NCBI GenBank assembly: GCA_965207785.1 | Contig: CBDBNO010000012.1 | Location: forward strand, 187,808 to 251,807 | Direction of reading: 5' to 3' | Length of the DNA stretch: 64,000 bases | From: Alphaproteobacteria bacterium | Lineage (GTDB): Bacteria > Pseudomonadota > Alphaproteobacteria > SP197 | Part shown: positions 57,512 to 64,000 of the stretch, piece after piece | Position numbering within the stretch: position 1 is the stretch's first letter | Layout of the letters: each line of letters opens with the position of its first letter | Notes under the pieces: generated by a model | Told to the model about the DNA's origin: nothing | What the model saw: only the letters and a program-made list of their open reading frames with translations | The model's database searches: none | Program-made: the position numbers and the translations under genes

Positions 57512-59085
57512 CCGTATAGCCCGTGGATGTACCAGCGGGGCGATCCCTTGCCCCCGGCGTCCCGGTAGAGCCCGGCCCGGAAGAGCCAGTAGCGGCGACC
57601 CTCCCGATCCTCAACACGGTAATAGTCGCGCGGTCTCGCCTCCGGCCCGCCGGCCCACCATTCCGGCTCAATGCGCTCAGGCCCCTCGGCGCGGACGATG
57701 CGGCGGCGGAGTCGACGCCAGGTGAACAGCGCCGGCGGCCCGTCCGGTACCTCCGCTACGGCATCCACCGGCTCGGGCCGGTCGAACAGGCGCAAGGGTC
57801 GTTGCGGCATCCCTGGCTGCGCGGGCCGTATCGCGCCCTTGCCATCGGGGTCCATCCGCCGCTCGGCACGCTCCGGCAGGTGACTTGCGACCGGTTCGAG
57901 GCGAAAGACGGATTCTTTCCCGAGACGGGCCTGCAGGCGGTCGATCAGGCGGACAAGTTCACCACTGCCTCCCCTGCCCTCCAGTCCGTCAGCCGCCAGC
58001 CGGTACTGCTCCGACGCAAGCGGCTCGGTGCGGACCGCGTGGAGCACCACGACGTCAATCCCGAAGCCGGGGTCCACGGTCTCGATCTTTCCGGCGAAGA
58101 GACCTGCAAGATGTGCGCCATCGCGGGTGGCGCGGACAGTGGAAACACGGCGTCGCGCCGTGCCGCCATCCACCCGGAAGAACAGGAGCACAAGATCCCG
58201 CACGCCCAGTCCTCTGCGTTCCAGCGAGGCAGAGAGATTGTCCAGCAGGCGGGCAAGCGCCGCCTCCAGCGCCGCGAGGTCGATCAGCGGTTCCGGAAAG
58301 GCAAGGCGCGCAAGACAGGCGGGCGGCGGCGGCAGGGACACGACAGGGTCGGTACGGCGCCCGAATGCGCAGTCGAGACGGTGCAGCACGGCGCCGCTGT
58401 GCCGGCCGAAGCGGCGGGCAAGCGCCGCGCGCGGCAAGGATTCCACCGCACCGACGGTCGCAAGGCCGAGGCGGCGCAACAGGCGGCTGTCTTCGGGTGC
58501 AAGCCTGAGCGCCTCGACCGGCAACGGCGCCAGCACGGTCAGGGTCCGGCCGGGTTCGGCGATACGCCGGCCCTTGTCGCCGAAGCGGGCGAGCGCCCAG
58601 GCGGCAGCAGGGGTGTCGGCAAGCCCGGCCCGCGCCTCGAAGCCAAGCCCTGCAAGGCGCACCTCCACCTCCACCGCCATCGCCGTTTCGCCGCCGAAGA
58701 GATGGGCACAGCCCGTGATGTCGAGCAGCAGGCCGTCCGCACCGTCGACCGCGCTCGAGGGCGTGAAACGGTGGCACCACAGTGCGAGGCGTTCGAGACC
58801 CCGCTGGTCTTCTTCAGGCCGGAATCCGGCAGTGACGAGGCGGGGCAGTAGCGCGCGGGCGTCCGCAAGCCGCATGCCGGACACGAGTCCTCCCGCTTCG
58901 GCCTGCCGGTTGACCGCCGCCAGCACCACGCCGTGCCGTCCCGGCGCGGTGAGCGCGAACGGAACCGGCTCAGCCGGCAGCCCGCTCGAGGGCCGGACGA
59001 CGGACCGCCGTGCGCGACGCAGCCGGTCGATCGGCCAGCGCGGCAGCCATATCGAAATGACCCGTCTCACGGTTCCACTCCACAA
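57508..59085 (-). CDS. imuB: Y-family polymerase-like protein ImuB
   Basis: It has an UmuC-like N-terminus (ISIWLPRWPIDRL) and ImuB architecture. It sits between imuA and dnaE2. Confidence 0.85.
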   Translation of the reverse strand: MWSGTVRRVISIWLPRWPIDRLRRARRSVVRPSSGLPAEPVPFALTAPGRHGVVLAAVNRQAEAGGLVSGMRLADARALLPRLVTAGFRPEEDQRGLERLALWCHRFTPSSAVDGADGLLLDITGCAHLFGGETAMAVEVEVRLAGLGFEARAGLADTPAAAWALARFGDKGRRIAEPGRTLTVLAPLPVEALRLAPEDSRLLRRLGLATVGAVESLPRAALARRFGRHSGAVLHRLDCAFGRRTDPVVSLPPPPACLARLAFPEPLIDLAALEAALARLLDNLSASLERRGLGVRDLVLLFFRVDGGTARRRVSTVRATRDGAHLAGLFAGKIETVDPGFGIDVVVLHAVRTEPLASEQYRLAADGLEGRGGSGELVRLIDRLQARLGKESVFRLEPVASHLPERAERRMDPDGKGAIRPAQPGMPQRPLRLFDRPEPVDAVAEVPDGPPALFTWRRLRRRIVRAEGPERIEPEWWAGGPEARPRDYYRVEDREGRRYWLFRAGLYRDAGGKGSPRWYIHGLYG

Positions 59086-59836
59086 TGCAGGTCACGGGCC
59101 GTCCGCCCCGGCAGCGCGTCAGTTCCAGGCGCCAGCGAGGCAGGCCGGGAGCGGCCTCATCGAACGGCGAGGCAGAACCTGGCCACGCCGCAACACGCCA
59201 ACGCGAAAAGGCGGCGCTTGCCGGGGCAAGCCCGTCGCCGCGCAACAGCAGCAAGGGGGTCCCGCTCTCGCGCGCGGCCAGCGCCAGACGGCGGCTGGCG
59301 ACGAAGGCAAGCTGTTCCGTCTCGCCCAGAACTGCCGCAGCGGCGCCACTGCGCAGACTCTCCTCCATCGCCCACAGCGCATCCCGTTCGTGCCGGGTCT
59401 CGACGATCACCAGGTCCGCCGGATCCGCGCCGAGATCCCGCCAGCCCGGTCCGTAGAGCCGGCCCAGCCGGGCGACGCTGCCGGGACCCTGGCAGACCGC
59501 CACCGGACCGTGCCGGCCGAGTCGGGCCAGCAGGGCGGCAAGAAAGGCCAGGGCCGCCGGTCGGTCGGCCGGGGATGCGCCGGCCGCCTCGTGCACCCCG
59601 CCCAAGGCCAACCCGGCAGACGCCGGTTCCGGTCCCCGATCCGCCGGCAGCGCCCCGTCCAGCGCCTCGATCCCGGTTCGCCAGGGTCGTGGCAGGTCAA
59701 CGGGATTCGCCGCTCCCGGCGAGCGCCGCTCCAGCACCGCGATCTGCCGGCGCAGCGCCGCAAGGCCGGCATCCTTCGAGACGGCAGATGCACCAGGGCA
59801 GGCGCTCACTTTTTCGGGAGAACAGGAAGAGATCAT
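58970..59836 (-). CDS. imuA: SOS cell-division-inhibitor-like / RecA-fold protein ImuA
   Basis: It is the first gene of the cassette and an ImuA-like Ala/Arg-rich protein with a degenerate RecA-like fold. The annotated ORF overlaps imuB by 116 bp. Confidence 0.7.
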   Translation of the reverse strand: MISSCSPEKVSACPGASAVSKDAGLAALRRQIAVLERRSPGAANPVDLPRPWRTGIEALDGALPADRGPEPASAGLALGGVHEAAGASPADRPAALAFLAALLARLGRHGPVAVCQGPGSVARLGRLYGPGWRDLGADPADLVIVETRHERDALWAMEESLRSGAAAAVLGETEQLAFVASRRLALAARESGTPLLLLRGDGLAPASAAFSRWRVAAWPGSASPFDEAAPGLPRWRLELTRCRGGRPVTCIVEWNRETGHFDMAAALADRPAASRTAVRRPALERAAG

Positions 59837-59840
59837 GTTT

Positions 59841-59855
59841 GTTCTTTATTTGTTC
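59841..59855. promoter_or_regulatory. Alphaproteobacterial LexA box GTTC-N7-GTTC upstream of imuA
   Basis: GTTCTTTATTTGTTC lies 5 nt upstream of the imuA ATG. Confidence 0.75.
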
Positions 59856-60149
59856 TCCTATGGCATGTCAAGAGGCACAGGGACCGGCGCCACCACGCCA
59901 GCCACCGCATGAGTTGCCTGCGCTCAATGCATGCTACGGCAGGGGTTCCTCTCCGGAGCGACTTCGAAGCTGTCTCAATGGGGCTGGGATATCAGGCGGA
60001 TTTCCAGTTCCCGCTGGCGGCGTGAAGGGAATTCCGGTGCCAGCCTTGGCTCCGGTCATCCACCGGTCAACGGGCGCCTGCGCTTCCATCGCTGTCCGGA
60101 AGGAAGAGAAAGGCGAAAGACGCCTTCTCAAACGGCATGGCAACCGGGA

Positions 60150-61097
60150 TCATGACCGGTCAAGGGACGGAGATGCTGCAACGAGACGCATGCCCTCGAG
60201 CATGACGCAACCGGCGAGGTAGGCGGTCATGCCACCCACGTCGTGGGGCGGCGAAACCGTGTTGACATCGACCGCGACGATGTCGAGGCCGGCCAGCGAG
60301 CGCAGGAAACCCAGCCCCTCGGCGGCACTGAGGCCCTCCCAGGTCGGCGTGGCGACTCCGGGAGCGCAGGACGGATCGAAGACGTCCATGTCCCAGCACA
60401 GGTAGACCTTGCGGCCGGCAAGGCGCTCCTGCAGCAGGGAAGCGGTGGCCTCGAGGCCCTGTCGCCGCATCTCGATATCGGGGATGAGGTGATAGCCGAT
60501 GCCCTTCGTGTGCTCGAACACGCCCCCCATGAATACCGGGCCGCGGGCGCCGACGTGGAATGTGGACGCGGCGTCGATCAGGCCTTCCTCGGCGGCAATG
60601 GTGAACGTGGTGGCCGGCGAGATGCGATCCTGGCCGGTGGCCGGATAGGCATCGGTGTGGGCATCGACATGAATGACGCAGAGATCGTCATGGACCCGGC
60701 GCCATGCGCGCAACTGTGGCAGCGTGACGAGGCCGTCACCTCCCATCGTCAGGGTCGCCACACCCTCGCGGGCGATCCGCCATACCGCTTCCTCCATGAC
60801 CTCGAAGGAAGGTTCGGGGCGGCCAGGTGTCACCAGGGCATCGCCGCAGTCGATGACGCCAAGTTCGTCGAGCGGGTTGGTGTCATCGAGAGGGGGGTGA
60901 TAGGGACGCACGAGTCCGGACTGCTCGCGAATGGATGCCGGTCCCAGTCGGGATCCGATGCGTGTCGGATGAATCCCGCAATCAAAGGGCATGCCGACGA
61001 TCGCCAGACGGCAGCCGCCGAGATTCCAGGTGACGGGCGCGTCCATGAAACCGGCAGTGGGGCGGTAGACCCTGGAATCGAAAATCGACGTCTCCAT
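60150..61097 (-). CDS. Agmatinase/arginase-family ureohydrolase
   Basis: The Mn-binding motifs are present: VHVDAHTD, DMDVFDP and SGGD-like GDGL. Confidence 0.85.
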   Translation of the reverse strand: METSIFDSRVYRPTAGFMDAPVTWNLGGCRLAIVGMPFDCGIHPTRIGSRLGPASIREQSGLVRPYHPPLDDTNPLDELGVIDCGDALVTPGRPEPSFEVMEEAVWRIAREGVATLTMGGDGLVTLPQLRAWRRVHDDLCVIHVDAHTDAYPATGQDRISPATTFTIAAEEGLIDAASTFHVGARGPVFMGGVFEHTKGIGYHLIPDIEMRRQGLEATASLLQERLAGRKVYLCWDMDVFDPSCAPGVATPTWEGLSAAEGLGFLRSLAGLDIVAVDVNTVSPPHDVGGMTAYLAGCVMLEGMRLVAASPSLDRS

Positions 61098-61123
61098 GAC
61101 GGATCCCTATCCTCCTTGACGGG

Positions 61124-61320
61124 GTGTGCACGGCAGATACTCGCTGATCGGTCCTGATGGCGCCATTGAAGACCGGCCGGGTCTGGAGAGACTTCCCGAC
61201 CTGGCGCCGCGATACAACACTGCGCCGACACAAGGAACTCCCTTGGTTCGCCTGGAGCACGATCGTCCGGACTTCACATCTATGCTCCGGGGCCTGGTCC
61301 CGTTCATCACCGGATGCCGG
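61124..61320 (+). pseudogene. SRAP/YedK-family (SOS response-associated peptidase) N-terminal remnant with a 2-bp insertion at codon 2-3 and a truncation
   Basis: The ORF MHGRYSLIGPDG...PRYNTAPTQGTPLVR...MLRGLVPF matches the SRAP N-terminal consensus MCGR[YF]...PRYNIAPTQ...WGLIP. The DNA gtgtgCAcggcagatac reads GTG TGC GGC AGA TAC (M-C-G-R-Y) if CA is removed. The similarity ends after about 65 codons. Confidence 0.6.
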
Positions 61321-61378
61321 CGATTCTCGAAGATGACGCCATCAAACGATGGCTGCGCTCCGGGCCCCGGCAAGGCGA

Positions 61379-62218
61379 TCAGGGATGCGCCATGGCGAGC
61401 ACGTCTTCGGGCGCCAGGCCCGCCTCGCGCAACGACCGGATCGTCACCGAGCGGTCGCGCTTGGCATGACGCCGGCCGTCCTCTCGAAGAAGCAGCCGAT
61501 GGTGGTGATGGAGAGGTTCCTTCCAGCCCATGAGCCGGCGGATCAGGCAATGGACATGGGTGGCGGGAGCGAGGTCGCACCCCCGCGTGACCACCGTCAC
61601 GCCCTGGACATGATCGTCATGGGTGACAGCAAGGTGGTAGCTGGTGGGAATGTCCTTGCGCGCCAGAACCACGTCACCGGCTATGTCGATGTCGACCGGA
61701 ATTGTCCTGCCGTCGAGCGTGCGCCACGCCAACGGACCCGACTCGTTCATTGCCCTGGCAACGTCGAGTCGCCAGGCATGATGCTCACCGGCCTCCATCC
61801 TCGCCTCGGCTTCGGCGGGGCAGAGCGTGCGACAGGTTCCAGGATAGACGAGACCCAGCGGGCCATGGGGCGCCGCTGACGCCAGTTCGACCTCCCGGAC
61901 GATCTGGCGTCGGGTGCAGAAACACGGGTAGACAAGCCGGCGCGCCCGCAGTTCGGCAAGGACCGAGGCGTAGGCGTCAAGATGGTCCGACTGGAGCCGA
62001 ACCTCTCCGTCCCAGTCAAGACCGAGCCAGTCAAGGTCCTCCAGGATGGCTTTTGCGAACGCGTCGCGACAGCGTGCCCGATCGATGTCCTCGATGCGCA
62101 AGAGAAACCGCCCTCCGTTGTCGCGAGCCAGGCGCCAGCCCTCGAGAGCCGAGAAGACGTGGCCGATGTGCAGCAACCCGGTGGGAGAGGGCGCGAAACG
62201 CGTGACGATAACGGACAT
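61379..62218 (-). CDS. gluQ: Glutamyl-Q tRNA(Asp) synthetase
   Basis: It has a truncated GluRS catalytic domain with the HIGH-like TRFAPSPTGLLHIGHV and is 279 aa. Confidence 0.9.
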   Translation of the reverse strand: MSVIVTRFAPSPTGLLHIGHVFSALEGWRLARDNGGRFLLRIEDIDRARCRDAFAKAILEDLDWLGLDWDGEVRLQSDHLDAYASVLAELRARRLVYPCFCTRRQIVREVELASAAPHGPLGLVYPGTCRTLCPAEAEARMEAGEHHAWRLDVARAMNESGPLAWRTLDGRTIPVDIDIAGDVVLARKDIPTSYHLAVTHDDHVQGVTVVTRGCDLAPATHVHCLIRRLMGWKEPLHHHHRLLLREDGRRHAKRDRSVTIRSLREAGLAPEDVLAMAHP

Positions 62219-62335
62219 GGGCGGAACCTCTCGTCAACGATACAGCCTCCGGGCCGGCATGGAAGGTCTGGACAACGACGAGGAAGAGGACCGATCTTTG
62301 GGCAGATGACCGAACGTCTTGGGGAGTTGATTGCC

Positions 62336-62986
62336 ATGCCATTGTCAGGACCTGCCGTGCCACCCCGAAAGGGGCAAACACGCCAGCTTGTCGTGCTGCT
62401 GCACGGCTGGGGTGCGAACGGCAATGACCTGATCAGTCTTGCCGGGCCCCTGCAGACAACCCTTCCCCAGGCCCGGATCAGCAGCCCCGATGCTCCCGAC
62501 CGGTGTGATCAAAACCCGGCCGGCCGCCAGTGGTATTCCCTGATGGAGCGACGTCCCGAACACGCACGACAGGGAATCGACCGGGCCAGCGACATGATCA
62601 ACGCCTGGGTCGATGCGGAACTCGAGCGCCTCAGTCTCGACGACCGGGCGCTTGCCTTTCTGGGATTCAGCCAGGGTTGCATGATGGCGCTCCACGTGGC
62701 GCTGCGTCGACGGCAACCGGCCGCCGCCGTGGCGGGGTTTTCCGGCATGCTGATCGAAGAAGAAAGTCTGGGTCGGGAGATCGTCAGCCGACCGCCGGTC
62801 TTCCTGTGTCACGGCGATGCCGACGAGGTCGTTCCCTTCTCCATGCTGCACAGCGCGGTCGACACGCTCGGCCAGCACGACGTGCCCGTCCAGTGGCATG
62901 TCTGCAGGGGCATTGGACATGGCATCGACCCCGAATCCCTGGGCTTCGCCGCCCTCTTCATGAAGAACGCGTTGCGGAACAGCTGA
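62336..62986 (+). CDS. Alpha/beta-hydrolase (phospholipase/carboxylesterase family)
   Basis: LVVLLHGWGANGND, the nucleophile elbow GFSQGCMMAL and the catalytic HG at the C-terminus are present. Confidence 0.8.
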   Translation: MPLSGPAVPPRKGQTRQLVVLLHGWGANGNDLISLAGPLQTTLPQARISSPDAPDRCDQNPAGRQWYSLMERRPEHARQGIDRASDMINAWVDAELERLSLDDRALAFLGFSQGCMMALHVALRRRQPAAAVAGFSGMLIEEESLGREIVSRPPVFLCHGDADEVVPFSMLHSAVDTLGQHDVPVQWHVCRGIGHGIDPESLGFAALFMKNALRNS

Positions 62987-63135
62987 CAGCGCGACCATGT
63001 TTCGGCTCATTCATGACGAACCACCGGGCTTGCGGAGTTGCGGATCGGACACTTCCCTGGAGTCGGACGTTCGACCCGAATGCCGTATGCGTGCCCAGCA
63101 TTGATTTGCTTCCTCTATGCACCTATGTTTGCATC

Positions 63136-63339
63136 ATGAAAACCACTATTGATATTCCGGATTCCGAGCTTGAGGATGCAATCCGCTTCACGAACGCACG
63201 GACGAAGCGCGAGGCCGTTGTCAGCGCCATCGCGGACTTCAACCGCCGCATGCGCATGGCCAAGCTGGTCGACTATGCGGGGACGTGGGAGAATCTCATG
63301 ACCCCGGAGGAACTTCAGGCCCAGCGTCGTCGGCGCTAA
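63136..63339 (+). CDS. vapB: Type II antitoxin (VapB-like), 67 aa
   Basis: MKTTIDIPDSELEDAIRFTNARTKREAVVSAIADF... It is followed 3 nt later by a PIN toxin gene. Confidence 0.75.
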   Translation: MKTTIDIPDSELEDAIRFTNARTKREAVVSAIADFNRRMRMAKLVDYAGTWENLMTPEELQAQRRRR

Positions 63340-63342
63340 TCC

Positions 63343-63717
63343 GTGATTCTGATCGATACATCAAGCTGGATCCACATGCTCCGGACTGGCGGAGATCCGG
63401 TCGTGCGGGAGCGCGTCATTGCCGCGCTCACCGGAGGTCTCGCCTGCTGGTGCCCACCGGTGCAGCTCGAGTTGTGGATCGGCGCCCGCGGAGAACGGGA
63501 GCGCGAAGAGCTTCGGGAGTTCGCAACGGCACTGCCCAGCCTCGACGTGGACGACCGGGTCTGGACCATGGCCTACGATATGGCCCGGCGAGCCAGGGCG
63601 CATGGAGTCACCGTACCTGCTGCGGACATCCTAATCGCTGCCTGTGCCCGGTCTCACGGGGCCGCTCTCGAGACATCGGACAGCGACTTCGCACTCCTGG
63701 CAGCAACCTGGCATTGA
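63343..63717 (+). CDS. vapC: PIN-domain ribonuclease toxin VapC (GTG start)
   Basis: (M)ILIDTSSWIHML...TVPAADILIAACARSHGAALETSDSDF shows the conserved acidic PIN residues D5 and D/E, with a C-terminal D-x-D. Confidence 0.8.
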   Translation: MILIDTSSWIHMLRTGGDPVVRERVIAALTGGLACWCPPVQLELWIGARGEREREELREFATALPSLDVDDRVWTMAYDMARRARAHGVTVPAADILIAACARSHGAALETSDSDFALLAATWH

Positions 63718-63805
63718 CTGCCGAAGCTGCGTGACGGACGGCGCCGGAACCAAGGGTCCAGGCGTGAGCCCACGCCAGTCCGGTTCCGGGTTCGCCGGAT
63801 AGCGG

Positions 63806-64000
63806 CTACACGACGCCGCCTGCCCTGAGATCCGCGATTTCGTCCTCCGACTTGCCGAGCAGGTTGCCGAGGACGGCGTCCGTGTGTTCGCCCAGAAGCG
63901 GTGGCGGGCGGCGATAGTCGGGAGGCGAGCCCTCTAGATTGACCGGACAGCGGACCAGGGGAACCGTGCCGGCCAGCGGGTGATCCATGTCAAACTGCAT
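63806..64000 (-). CDS. CoA-transferase family III (CaiB/BaiF) protein, 3' end only (gene runs off the window)
   Basis: The C-terminal ...LLGEHTDAVLGNLLGKSEDEIADLRAGGVV is the typical family III CoA-transferase tail. Confidence 0.6.
   Translation of the reverse strand: MQFDMDHPLAGTVPLVRCPVNLEGSPPDYRRPPPLLGEHTDAVLGNLLGKSEDEIADLRAGGVV

Noticed and set aside
55094-57568. An 824-aa plus-strand ORF
   Set aside because: It is antisense to dnaE2. A long open antisense frame is expected at this GC content.
1-64000. CRISPR arrays, rRNA genes and an integrase/att structure around the tRNA-Thr
   Set aside because: I found no regularly spaced direct repeats of 24-48 bp. There is no rRNA-like sequence. 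No integrase or tRNA 3'-end duplicate lies near 14558..14633.

Overview
This is a high-GC (about 65-67%) chromosomal window that looks alphaproteobacterial. The supporting signs are a hemC-hemD-hemX-hemY operon, a ccr/ecm ethylmalonyl-CoA gene pair, an imuA-imuB-dnaE2 cassette preceded by a GTTC-N7-GTTC LexA box, and lysA-argH, ftsEX, etfBA and class II nrdJ genes. Most of the window is ordinary housekeeping and catabolic coding sequence, much of it on the minus strand. The accessory or decaying parts are described below.
1. A 3.29-kb IS21-family insertion sequence (1194..4485) has istA and istB plus a third, translationally coupled passenger ORF. It has multi-copy terminal repeats and a 6-bp target duplication. 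It interrupts the MFS-type transporter gene that is transcribed divergently from an intact soxR, and a SoxR box lies in the shared promoter region.
2. A lower-GC islet (about 5.6-8.3 kb, roughly 55-58% GC) sits between soxR and an indolepyruvate oxidoreductase gene. It encodes a bleomycin-resistance-like VOC protein, an unplaceable small protein, an endonuclease III-like HhH-GPD/[4Fe-4S] glycosylase and an MGMT-fold protein. The glycosylase has a Lys/Arg-rich N-terminal tail and lacks the catalytic lysine. The MGMT-fold protein lacks the PCHR alkyl-acceptor motif. I consider this pair the most likely new DNA-lesion or DNA-modification sensing module in the window.
3. Two copies of one phd/yefM-vapC toxin-antitoxin module bracket a homogentisate-type catabolic cluster (maiA, VOC, DUF2783, flavin monooxygenase, MBL hydrolase, fahA, a truncated aminotransferase). 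One copy (38217..38400) is a short remnant. The other (44732..45433) has an intact antitoxin and a frameshifted toxin. The second copy is flanked by a roughly 100-bp duplication of the hbd 3' end.
4. A truncated SRAP/YedK remnant with a 2-bp insertion that destroys its Cys2 lies next to the SOS mutagenesis cassette.
5. Smaller items: a PduO-type adenosyltransferase that appears to start at ATC; a 36-codon lipoprotein gene coupled between argH and lysA that the ORF track misses; an intact vapBC pair near the window end; and one tRNA-Thr(CGT).
I found no CRISPR array and no rRNA. All calls come from reading the translations and the DNA; no database searches were run.
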